Below are positions 12,876-24,800 of a stretch of 64,000 nt of DNA, one piece after another; the first letter of the stretch is position 1, and each line of letters opens with the position of its first letter. The position numbers and the translations under genes are program-made. Source of the stretch: Eledone cirrhosa (lineage: Eukaryota); contig OZ024741.1 of the NCBI GenBank assembly GCA_964016885.1, positions 200,260,001-200,324,000 of the forward strand. Reading direction: 5' to 3'. Under the pieces are notes generated by a model that was not told the DNA's origin, ran no database searches, and worked only from the letters and a program-made list of their open reading frames with translations.

Positions 12876-13838
12876 CTCACTATTCTCGGGTTTCAATCTC
12901 ACTATTTTCTTCTTGCTGTTGTTTTTGTTGTCACTGTTGTTGTTTTTATCGTGGCTTTGTTTGCTGCTACAAAACTGCTGAATCATTCTCTAATGGCTCC
13001 ATTCTGTTTAACTCATTACTCGTTTTAACAGCTTCTAAAAATGCTGATTCGCCATCTTTTTAATTTTGGGGAAGATGATAACAAAATCCCAGTTTGAAAC
13101 AAGCGTTTTAGAGGAAAGATACTTCTCCAGCGAATAGAACACAACCTTATGTAATCGATTATACAAACATTTTGTGATAATTGTCAACAAAAATATAATA
13201 GAATTTAAAAACTCATCATCGGCGAAAACAGCGTTGACACATTGAATTATGTTTTAAATGTCTACACACATCTGCATACATTTCAGCATGTTACACACAT
13301 TTTCTCAGAAACACATGTCTATAGTTTTCTGTATGTGGATGTTTTGGATGGAATTTGCAAGATATTCTATTTATTTTTCCTTTTCTTTCTTGACCTTTAA
13401 ATCATTTTTTGAAGGATGGAATAGCTGATATTGGCCCATATCGCAATCTATACGCACTTGAACATTGCAGCCCAACACTTCAGACATACTTGATAAGAAG
13501 CTGCACCACGTGGCCATAGTAAAACTAAAGATATTCGTCAATTGATTCTTCAGCATGTTGCATTAATGAAAACTCTAATTGTTCAATCTATTTATTTGTT
13601 TTTGTTTCTTTTCTTTTTCTTTGTATCAGATGGGCTTTAGAAATTCTGAATAAATTTGCTGATGTTTCTATATGTTCGGCCGTAAAATTTGCATATTTTA
13701 CTACTGCACGAAGTAGTTGAACTGGTCTCTCGACTGTTCCAACCCATTGCTTCACATGGCTACAGAATTGTATGAAGCCATTTTACGTTTTCAGCCAGCC
13801 CACATCTTGATCCCAGTAATTCATCCCATACATAGCCA

Positions 13839-13924
13839 TGACATATCCAGGAAAGAGATCTTAACGGTTCAAGTTTTTCCTGGATGAAACTTGAACCGTT
13901 AAGATCTCGTTCCTGGATATGTCA
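13839..13924. repeat. Fold-back hairpin with ~38-bp arms
   Basis: TGACATATCCAGGAAAGAGATCTTAACGGTTCAAGTTT and its reverse complement, with one mismatch and a 10-nt loop. Confidence 0.9.
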
Positions 13925-13929
13925 ATATT

Positions 13930-14429
13930 TATAAAACAAACTTTGTATTTTATCTGATGAGAGCTTTGGTACCCTTGCAATATATGTAATAGAATAAATA
14001 TGGTTTTATAAATATAGTTTCTATTTATTAATATTATTGATATTATACTCCAGAAAACATGTCGAGTGTTTCGAATCAGTTATAAATATATATATTTGTT
14101 GAATTACCAACAAATTAAATATCCCTTTGCTTATATATATATATATATATATATAGGAACGAGTAGGACCCCGACGGCTGAGCTCAAGCCGTTTCGACGG
14201 CTAATTCTGGACTACTACCCTAAGTATTGAGTACTCTGGTGCGTTATGGACCATCTGGTTCCTTATCACATTTCCTTCGTTATATATATATATATATTGA
14301 TAGATAGATAAATCTACATAGATCTTTAATATGATATACATACCAACATACACATATATATCCCAGAAACGATCGTAAAATGATGATTTTTTTTAAATAT
14401 AAGGAACCTGTTTTTTTTGTTTTTTATTA

Positions 14430-14489
<60 letters not shown>

Positions 14490-14807
14490 GGAGTGTAACT
14501 TGGAGTTACTGTAGGTTCACCCGTGGGCACTTGAAATATAATATGTAGAAAAGATAACACACGAGAGAGAGAGAGAGTGTGTTTATCAATGTACAGGGAA
14601 AACCACCAGTGTATGGAATCTATAAACTAAGAAAGGTGAGGTAGACGCATGATAATTAAAATATAAATCAGAATGAATTTACCCACCTTATATTTTTAAT
14701 TATTATGCGTCTACCTCACCTTTCTTAGTTTATATATTCCATACACTGGTGGTTTCCCTGTACATTGATAAACTCTCTCTCTCACTCTCGCGTGTTATCT
14801 TTTCTAC

Positions 14808-14852
<45 letters not shown>

Positions 14853-14894
14853 GAATATATATATAAAGAATCTTGCTAAACAAATTCAGAAACG

Positions 14895-14936
<42 letters not shown>

Positions 14937-15036
14937 ATAATAATAAATTTGAAGACTAAAATCCAAAGAGGGGTCGATAAGGATAAATATATATCAAATA
15001 TATAAGAACCGTAGAGCAAATATTTATTAAAATAAC

Positions 15037-15082
<46 letters not shown>

Positions 15083-15262
15083 AGTGTAACTTGGAGTTAC
15101 TGTAGGTTCACCCAGGTGAGCACTCGATGTTTAGGTTCACTTCTGTGTAGAGGTGTAGAGCTAGACAGAGTGTATTATATTGAAAAGATAACAAGGACGA
15201 TTGGTTACTCCTTCATTACATGTATTGGTAGGTGACGCGCGTTTCGCCACTGATCAGCTCAC
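13930..15262. mobile_element. Cluster of short Penelope-like terminal fragments separated by (TA)n tracts
   Basis: Hammerhead half-motifs: CTGATGAGAG..CTCCAGAAAACATGTC (+, ~13954); GAAACGGCT..AGCCGTC (-, ~14172-14196); GAAACGCGCGTC (-, ~15234-15245). Pieces recur at ~2110, ~3040 and ~17255-17400. Confidence 0.55.
14537..14815. repeat. Inverted repeat with ~130-bp arms and a 21-bp spacer, adjacent to (TA)n
   Basis: 14537-14666 is the reverse complement of 14688-14815 with few mismatches. Confidence 0.92.
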
Positions 15263-15282
15263 GGTTCGATCTGTATCGAAAC

Positions 15283-15362
15283 GCAGCAAGGCGCGGGTAA
15301 TTAAGCTAGTATATATATATATATATATATATATACTAGCTGAATTACCCGCGCCTTGCTGC
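15283..15362. mobile_element. Two Helitron 3' termini facing each other across (TA)n
   Basis: GCAGCAAGGCGCGGGTAATTAAGCTAG-T(AT)n-A-CTAGCTGAATTACCCGCGCCTTGCTGC. Confidence 0.7.
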
Positions 15363-16013
15363 ATTTTACACATTTTTTTTGTAAGAAAATGATGATTGAT
15401 TTTAAATCAGTGATATAATTTACTCAATGTAAAATGTAATGCATGAAAAATTGGAAAACATTATTTTTTGTAATATATCAAATCAAAATTATATTATTAA
15501 ATCTTATTCTTATTTTGTTTCTTGTAAATGATTTTTTTCAAAATATCAATTCAAAACTTTTGTGAATAGGCATCAAATCTTGTCATTTACATATGGTTTA
15601 AATTTCATATAAATTGAAGGGAAAACATTTTCAGCGGGGGTTTGTGTCTCCGGGAAACCCTATTAGGGTGTCTTAATATTATTGAAATTTGCTGAAAATT
15701 TGTGAATAGGCATTATATCTTGTCATTTACCTACGGTTTAAATTGAAAGGCTAGCAACTAGTGTCCTCTAGCAGATTCCAGCAGAAGCAGTGGGGCACAA
15801 CTGTTAATATACAACTCTGGCTGTGGCCCTCATCAGGTCAATGCTTCCCCTACTCCCTGCTGGAACTCGAAACAGTCGAAAATATATGTAGATGGGCTGA
15901 TTAGCCTCATTTTCTAATGGGGCTCAGCTTAAAAGTAGAATTAAAATTTTAACTCAGACATAGCTATATACATACAACTATGTGGATGTTGTATAACTAA
16001 TTATATATATGCT

Positions 16014-16396
16014 ATCATCATCATCATTTTACGTCCGCTTTTCCCTGTTTGCAAGGGTGGGACGGGAACTGATTCTGGCTTGATTTCTACAGCTGGATGC
16101 CCTTCCTAACACCAACCTCATTTACAGTGAGTGCTGGGTGCTTTTTTGCTGTGGCACCTCCCGACCACTTTACAGTGTGGGCTGGGTGCTTTCTTGCCGT
16201 GGCACCTCCACGACCACTTTGCAGTGGAATGATAGGGACCCCAGTCCCTATCATCTCATTTCTACAGCTGAGTAAACTGGAGCAATGTGAAATAAAGTGT
16301 CTTGCTCAAGGAAACAACACATCACCCGGTCTGAGAATTGAACTCACAACCTTTCGATTGCAAGGCCAATGCTCTAACCACTAAGCCATGCGCCTC
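16014..16396 (-). mobile_element. tRNA-derived CORE-type SINE with an RTE-LINE-derived 3' tail
   Basis: A box TGGCTTAGTGG, B box GAGTTCAATTC, CORE-like CCTTGAGCAAGACACTT. The tail is shared with the RTE 3' UTR and ends in (ATG)n. Confidence 0.85.
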
Positions 16397-16520
16397 CATC
16401 AATAAATAAACATAGGCGAAAAAACTATATATTTTCGTCTGTTTCAAATTCCAGCAGACAGCAGGGGAAGCACTGTCATGATGACGACCACAGCCAGAGT
16501 TGTACATTGAAAGTTGTCCC

Positions 16521-16788
16521 CAGTAGTGTGCAGAGGTGGGGATTGACGGTGCATTGGCCCCGGGCATCTTTTGGATGTGGGCATCATTTGGGGAAAAGAA
16601 CTTAATAAATTTGATTGATTTATATTAAAATCGAATAAAGCGTTTATTTCATGTTTCATCTGTGTTTATTTATTCAAAATATTTTCCTTTCTCATAATAT
16701 TTCTCAGTATATTAGGCCTTATACTTGAGTCTTTGGGGCACACAATCAAGATTTGCCCTGGGCATCATCAGAGCTCCGCATCCACTAG
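16521..16788. mobile_element. Possible hAT-type MITE
   Basis: Imperfect TIRs CAGTAGTGTGCAGAG / CTCCGCATCCACTAG with subterminal GCCCYGGGCATC repeats. No target duplication was seen. Confidence 0.4.
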
Positions 16789-16839
16789 ACTGCGCCAGCA
16801 GTCAACCTTTCAATATTTATAGCTAGAAGCATATTGTAT

Positions 16840-17022
16840 TCCAGTATCGGTAGAGGGTCGGACACTATGCTTTGCAAGTATAGAGTTACGGCCCTTTATG
16901 ATCTGAGTTCAAATCCCGCCGAGGTTAACTTTGCCTTTCATCCTTACGGGGTCGATAAAATGAAGTACCAGTAATGTACTGGGTAATTGCTGGCCTTGTG
17001 CCAAAAGTAGAAACAATTATTA
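16840..17022 (+). mobile_element. tRNA-derived SINE with a Nin/Deu-like domain (dominant family in the window; representative copy)
   Basis: GAGTTCAAATCCCGCCGAGGTTAACTTTGCCTTTCATCCTTACGGGGTCGATAAAAT..GTACCAG. Further copies near 4840, 10215, 19075, 19275, 21015, 21200, 28.2-29.6 kb, 41.2-42.4 kb, 54885, 56600, 60680, 62570, 63175 and 63380. Confidence 0.9.
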
Positions 17023-17397
17023 TTATAGAAACATATTGTATATCATTAGATATACGAAATTCACATACTTGTATTTAGTTATGTAATAAACAACATAAGA
17101 CAATTATTCTATTTACATGAAACCTTTGGTAAATGGAATAATTGTCTTATGTTGTTTATTACATAACTAAATAGCTCTGTAGCCTATATAGAGCACTCTC
17201 CTTTCCTTTACCTTTCCTACGGAAACATTTAATACTTGTATATATATATATATATTTATTAAAATAACAGATTAAAGTTTAAGCAAAGAATCGCTGCTTT
17301 CACCCTTAACGGATCTTCTGAAACTAACCTATATATTTGATATATATTTATCCTTATCGAGCCCTCTTTGGATTTTAGTCTTCAAATTTATTATTAT

Positions 17398-17468
<71 letters not shown>

Positions 17469-17861
17469 AAAGTAAGTCCATAGAATCATTTGATAAAATA
17501 TATACAGTATTTCTCCTCCCAATCAGCATAATTAACCACATAAAAAATCAATTAAACGAGGCTATAAGTTTAAAATGTACCTATGAAGAAACAATAGATA
17601 AATAAATGATAGCTATTTTATCCGCGATCAACAGCCACAGAAGATTTACCCAATATTTCTAATAGCCCGTAGAAACTGACTAGACATATAGTTAACCATA
17701 TACAATTAGATACAAAATCAAAGTTAGAAGAAAAAATGTACATAAACATACCAAAATTATGTTTCTACCCCATGAGGTTTCATTCGCTTTTTGGAAATAT
17801 CCGATCATGGATAAATTCCCGAGTTTCGAAATCATCAGGAAACAAACTCAATTGGACAAAG

Positions 17862-17989
17862 ATTTAATATAGAAAGGCTTCTACAGGACTAGAACTGTTT
17901 CATTCGGTAGAAATTATCAGGAAGCAACTCCTGATGATTTCTACCGAATGAAACAGTTCTAGTCCTGTGGAAGCCTTTCTATATTAAAT
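17862..17989. repeat. Inverted repeat (61-bp arms, 6-nt loop) of a Penelope-like end with a hammerhead-like core
   Basis: Arms are 17862-17922 and 17929-17989. The right arm reads CTGATGA-TTTCTACCGAAT-GAAAC. Confidence 0.85.
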
Positions 17990-19859
17990 ATTTATACTCT
18001 GATTTGTATCGAGTACCTTACTTACTGTGGTTACCCCCGATTGAACCTGGGATAAACTTATATATATATAATATTCTGTTTTTAACATTTGCAACAACTT
18101 AATCAATGGAACTGAATTAAGATATCTACTTCAAGCTCTGACAAAATCTACGACATACATAGGCAATGGGGTTTTTTATTACCTAGAGACAATAAAAATG
18201 CATAGTATATAAATAAATAATTTGTGACAAAGGTCAAAATACAACTTTAAGAATCATCTTCGTATTTAGTCTAAGATTTAAATAAATCACCAAAATGTCA
18301 TTAGAACAAATTCTAGCAGGAAATGTTGGTGGTAAAATGAATGTATTGATTTATTGACCAAAATTTGCTTGATTCAGTTTGATGGGATGACTTCACAAAT
18401 AAAGGTTGTTATATCTCAAAACTAGTAACTAATTCAAAATTTAGAAAAAAAATGTGTTATGCAATGGAGTGAGAGAGAAGGGGAGACTAAAGAAAAAGAC
18501 CCAATAGGGATAGAGACTAAAAAATTAAAAAAACAAGAAAGAGAGAGAGAAAGAAAGGGTATTAAAAAAAAAGAAAGAAATGTGATAATTTGAATGTTGA
18601 AAAGATTTGATAACAAATCTGTAAGATGAGATCTTTCGGGTGAACAAATCTAATAAAATATGGTATTCCTGGAAAGATAGTGCTCATAATTCCAGATTTT
18701 TGTTTGTTTGTTATTTATTTATTTATCTATTTATTTCATAGCTGAGCAGAAAGGGAAATAATGAGCTTCAACGGAAACTAAGATTCTGGTTGATGCGAAT
18801 ATCTAAATTACAAAGCTAAATAAATTAGAAATAAGACGTTATTGAATAAACATATATTTATTGCTTTCTTCCAACTACATATAGAATTTTCTGATTAGGT
18901 TAAAATTCCATTTCTGTTTTGCATTACTATGCTTTTCTTTCTCTGTTGATTTGATAAAGATATTGAATAAGAAAATCTAGAAATTTTCATTCAGGTACAT
19001 GTCACAAAAATTTAATTTGATGTCAATTAACCACACCAATAACAATAACAATGATTTCTTCCAATAATGATAATAATTGTTTCTACTTTAGGCACAAGGC
19101 CAGCAATTATCAGTTCATTACTGGTACTTTATTTTACCGACCCCGTAAGGATGAAAGGCAAAGTCAACCTCGGCGGGATTTGAACTCAGATCGTTAAGGG
19201 ACGTAACTATGCTGGAAAACATGGCGTCTGACCCTCTACCGATACTGCCAATCCACCGCCCTTTATTAATGATAATAATGGTTTCTGAATTAAGCACTAG
19301 GCCAACAATTTTGTTGGGAGGTAAAAGTTGATTAAATCAACTCCACTGCTTTACTGGAACTTTATTTTATCAACCACCAAAAGATGAAAGGCAAAGATAA
19401 CCTTGGCGGGATTTGAATTCGGAACGTAAAAGGCCATAACTCTATACTGCAAAGCATGGCGTCTGATGCTCTACTGATACTGCCAAATGAATTAAAACAT
19501 ATTAAATATGTTTAGAATTTTGTGCATCTCAATAAGCAAGCTCAATAGACTTTATCTAGAGCCATAATAACCAAATGAAAAATATATATGTATATATATA
19601 TAGAGAGAGAAAGAACCATATATCGTATAAGAAATACAGTATATTGTATATATAGTATACTAAATACATAATTCATACAAGAATATGTACATAGGTGGAA
19701 TCATAAGATAGATATTATGATTCCACCTGTGTACATATTCTTCTATAGAATATGTATTTGGTATATATATACAATATACTGTGTTTCCTATATGATATAT
19801 GGCTCTTTCTCTCTCACCAGAAAGATGAAAGGCAAAAATAACCTCAGCAAGATTTGAAC

Positions 19860-20922
19860 TCTGCCCCAAATGCAAACAATGGGTACACAAGAGATGTAGC
19901 GGGATCTCAGGAAGCTTAATTAAGAATGTAGGATTCACATGCAGCAGCTGTGCTGGGACTGCAAGCAGCAAACAGCCACAGGAAACAAGTACCACCAATC
20001 TCTGGGAGGGCTCTGTAGAAACAGTAGACAGCTTCTGCTACCTAGGTGACCGAATTAGCAGCGGAGGTGGGTGTTCAGAAAGTACAATAACTAGGGTAAG
20101 AACGGGATGGAAGAAGTTTAGGGAACTACTACCACTGCTAGCTGCAAAAGGCTTCTCCCTCAAAATGAAAGGCAGACTGTATGATGCGTGTATCCGAACA
20201 GCGATGTTGCATGGTAGTGAGACCTGGGCGCTGAAGGTGGAAGACTTACGTAGATTAGAGAGAAACGAAGCCTGCATGCTCCGATGGATGTGTAATAGTA
20301 ATATACGCGAACGGCAAAGCATAAATGAATTGAGAGAGAGACTGAGCATAAGAGGAATCAAATGCTGTGTGCAGGAGAGGCGGTTGCGTTGGTATGGACA
20401 TGTGATGTGTATGAAGGATGACAGCTGCATAAAAAGGTGCAGAGCACTAGAAGTCGATGGAAACTGCGGAGTGGGGAGACCCAAGATGACCTGTGATGAG
20501 GTGATAAAAGCCGACCTTACCCAATTACACCTCTCAAAGGCGATGACACACAACCGTGACCTCTGGCGTCACGCAGTAATACAGAGTACCCGACCTCCCA
20601 TGGGTACAAGCTGAAGCATATAGAAATATGCCCCCCCCCCCCCCACTGCAAGGTGGTCGTGGAGGTGCCACGGCAAAAAAGCACCCAGCCCACACTGTAA
20701 AGTGGACGTGTAGGCGCCACGAAAAAGCACCCAGCACTCACTGTAAATGAGGTTGGTGTTAGGAAGGGCATCCAGCTGTAGAAATCAAGCCAAATCAGTT
20801 CCTGTATGAGCAAGGCATGGTCAGCCGACCAGACACTGCCCACAACAGGACAACTCGTCTAACCCATGCTAGCGTGGAAGAACGGACGTAAAACGGTGAT
20901 GATGATGATGATGATGATGATG
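19860..20922 (+). mobile_element. 5'-truncated RTE-clade LINE inserted into a minus-strand SINE
   Basis: Partial PHD-like finger, FCYLGD, MLHGSETW, RRLRWYGHV, GVGRPK, then the 3' UTR and (GAT)n tail. SINE halves flank both sides. Confidence 0.92.
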
Positions 20923-21640
20923 AATATAAAGGAACATAATTGTATGTCGCAAAGCATGTTGTTCAATGCTTTACTGATATTGCCAATTCACTGCCCTTTA
21001 TTTCTTCTATAGAAATAATTGTTTCTACTTTAGGCACAAGGCCAGCAATAACCCAGTACATTACTGGTACTTTATTTTATCGACCCCGTAAGGATGAAAG
21101 GCAAAGTTAACCTTGGCGGGATTTGAACTCAGACTGTAAAGAGACGTAACTATGCTAGAAAGCATGGCGTCCGACCCTCTACCGATACTGCCAATTCACC
21201 AGGCACAAGACCAACAATTTTTGGGGGAGAGGAAAGTCGATTAAATCTACCCCACTGTGTTACTGGTACTTTATTTTATCAGCCCCATAAAGATAAAAGG
21301 CAAAGCTAACCTTTGTGGGATTTGTACTCAGAATGTAAAAGGAGGTAACTCTATGCCACAAAGCATGTTGTCCGATGCTCTACCGATACTGTCAATCCAC
21401 CATCCTATATTTCTTCCATAGATGTAATACCATCACTTTACATAGAAAGAAGTGTTATCAGATTCACTAGAATTTATGCCTTTTCCCAAGCTGTGAATGC
21501 TTAGAAATCATACTCAGATATTCATGACCTAACCTTTAAAATCTTTAAACAGATCTAATGATCTGTTATTCTGAAGACAGATTTATGTTTAAAACACCAC
21601 AAAATTTGTGTAATACATAAACTATTCTTAAGAGTCCTTA

Positions 21641-21850
21641 TCATCATCATCATCATGATCATCATCATCACCGTTTTACGTTCATTCTTCCATACTAGCA
21701 TGGGTTAGACAAGTTGTCCTGTTGTGGGCAATGCCAGGTCAGGTGACCATGTTTTGCTTATACGGAAATTGATTTTGGCTTGATTCCTACAGCTGGATGC
21801 CCTTCTTAACACCAACCTCATTTACAGTGAGTACTGGGTGCTTTTTTACA
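21641..21850 (-). mobile_element. RTE LINE 3' end that runs into the 50-bp satellite
   Basis: (CAT)n tail followed by the reverse complement of the 3' UTR seen at 20740-20920 and 32770-32950. Confidence 0.9.
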
Positions 21851-24800
21851 GTGCCACCTACATGACCACTTTACAGTGAGTACTGGGGGACTTTTTTACA
21901 GTGGCGCCTACACGACCATTTTACAGTGAGTACTGGGTGCTTTTGTACAGTGGCGCCTACACGACCACTTTACAGTGAGGACTGGGAGACTTTTTTACAG
22001 TGGCGCCTACACGACCACTTTACAGTGAGTACTGGGTGCTTTTTTACAGTGACGCCTACACGACCACTTTACAGTGAGGACTGGGAGACTTTTTTACAGT
22101 GGCGCCTACACGACCACTTTACAGTGAGTACTGGGTACTTTTTTACAGTGGTGCCTACACGACCACAATACAGTGAGGACTGGGAGACTTTTTTACAGTG
22201 GCGCCTACACGACCACTTTACAGTGAGTACTGGGTGCTTTTTTACAGTGGCGCCTACACGACCACTTTACAGTGAGGACTGGGGGACTTTATTACAGTGG
22301 CGCCTACACGACCACTTTACAGTGAGTACTGGATGCTTTTTAAAAGTGGCACCTACACGACCACTTTACAGTGAGGACTGGGAGACTATTTTACAGTGGC
22401 GCCTACACGACCACTTTACAGTGAGGACTGGGAGACTTTTTTACAGTGGCGCCTACACGACCACTTTACAGTGAGGACTGGGAGACTTTTTTACAGTGGC
22501 GCCTACACGACCACTTTACAGTGAGGACTGGGAGACTTTTTTACAGTGGCGCCTACACGACCACTTTACAGTGAGTACTAGGTGCTTTTTTACAGTGGCG
22601 CCTACACGACCACTTTACAGTGAGGGCTGGGGGACTTTTTTACAGTGGCGCCTACACGACCACTTTACAGTGAGGACTGGGGGACTTTTTTACAGTGGCG
22701 CCTACACGACCACTTTACAGTGAGGACTGGGGGACTTTTTGACAGTGGCGCCTACACGACCACTTTACAGTGAGGACTGGGGGACTTTTTTACAGTGGCG
22801 CCTACACGACCACTTTACAGTGAGGACAGGGGGACTTTTTTACAGTGGCGCCTACACGACCACTTTACAGTGAGGACTGGGGGACTTTATTACAGTGGCG
22901 CCTACACGACCACTTTACAGTGAGGACTGGGGGACTTTTTTACAGTGGCGCCTACACGACCACTTTACATGAGTACTGGGTGCTTTTTTACAGTGGCGCC
23001 TACACGACCACTTTACAGTGAGGACTAGGGGACTTTTTTACAGTGGCGCCTACACGACCACTTTACAGTGAGGACTGGGAGACTTTTTTACAGTGGCGCC
23101 TACACGACCACTTTACAGTAAGGACTGGGGGACTTTTTTACAGTGGCGCCTACACGACCACTTTACGGTGAGGACTGGGGGACTTTTTTACAGTGGCGCC
23201 TACATGACCACTTTACAGTGAGGACTGGGGGACTTTTTTACAGTGGCGCCTACACGACCACTTTACAGTGAGGACTGGGGGACTTTTTTACAGTGGCGCC
23301 TACACGACCACTTTACAGTGAGGACTGGGGGACTTTTTTAAAGTGGCGCCTACACGACCACTTTACAGTGAGGACTGGGGGACTTTATTACAGTGACGCC
23401 TACACGACCACTTTACAGTGAGGACTGGGGGACTTTATTACAGTGGCGCCTACACGACCACTTTACAGTGAGGACGGGGGGACTTTATTACAGTGGCGCC
23501 TACACGACCACTTTACAGTGAGGACTGGGGGACTTTATTACAGTGGCGCCTACACGACCACTTTACAGTGAGAAATGGGAGACTTTTTTACAGTGGCGCC
23601 TACACGACCACTTTACAGTGAGGACTGGGGGACTTCTTTACAGTGGCGCCTACACGACCACTTTACAGTGAGGACTGGGAGACTTTTTTACAGTGGCGCC
23701 TACACGACCACTTTACAGTGAGGACTGGGGGACTTTTTTACAGTGGCGCCTACACGACCACTTTACAGTGAGGACTGGGGGACTTTTTTACAGTGGCGCC
23801 TACACGACCACTTTACAGTGAGGACAGGGGGACTTTTTTACAGTGGCGCCTACACGACCACTTTACAGTGAGGACTGGGGGACTTTATTACAGTGGCGCC
23901 TACACGACCACTTTACAGTGAGGACTGGGGGACTTTTTTACAGTGACGCCTACACGACCACTTTACATGAGTACTGGGTGCTTTTTTACAGTGGCGCCTA
24001 CACGACCACTTTACAGTGAGGACTGGGGGACTTTTTTACAGTGGCGCCTACACGACCACTTTACAGTGAGGACTGGGAGACTTTTTTACAGTGGCGCCTA
24101 CACGACCACTTTACAGTAAGGACTGGGGGACTTTTTTACAGTGGCGCCTACACGACCACTTTACGGTGAGGACTGGGGGACTTTTTTACAGTGGCGCCTA
24201 CACGACCACTTTACAGTGAGGACTGGGGGACTTTTTTACAGTGGCGCCTACACGACCACTTTACAGTGAGGACTGGGGGACTTTTTTACAGTGGCGCCTA
24301 CACGACCACTTTACAGTGAGGACTGGGGGACTTTTTTAAAGTGGCGCCTACACGACCACTTTACGGTGAGGACTGGGGGACTTTATTACAGTGACGCCTA
24401 CACGACCACTTTACAGTGAGGACTGGGGGACTTTATTACAGTGGCGCCTACACGACCACTTTACAGTGAGGACTGGGGGACTTTATTACAGTGGCGCCTA
24501 CACGACCACTTTACAGTGAGGACTGGGGGACTTTTTTACAGTGGCGCCTACACGACCACTTTACAGTGAGGAATGGGAGACTTTTTTACAGTGGCGCCTA
24601 CACGACCACTTTACAGTGAGGACTGGGGTACTTTTTTAAAGTGGCGCCTACACGACCACTTTACAGTGAGGACTGGGGGATTTTATTACAGTGACGCCTA
24701 CACGACCACTTTACAGTGAGGACTGGGGGACTTTATTACAGTGGCGCCTACACGACCACTTTACAGTGAGGACTGGGGGACTTTATTACAGTGGCGCCTA

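Noticed and set aside
13371-13556. OTU/vertnin-like reading TWCSFLSSMSEVLGC
   Set aside because: The resemblance is short and no catalytic GDGNC motif is seen upstream. Kept only as an unassigned region.
16325-16396. tRNA gene
   Set aside because: A and B boxes are present, but the sequence continues into CORE and LINE-tail sequence and recurs at 52.1 kb, so it is a SINE head.
17820-17842. Minus-strand CTGATGA-TTTC-GAAAC as a functional hammerhead
   Set aside because: Stem III cannot form and stem I is mostly G.U pairs, so it is a relic at best.
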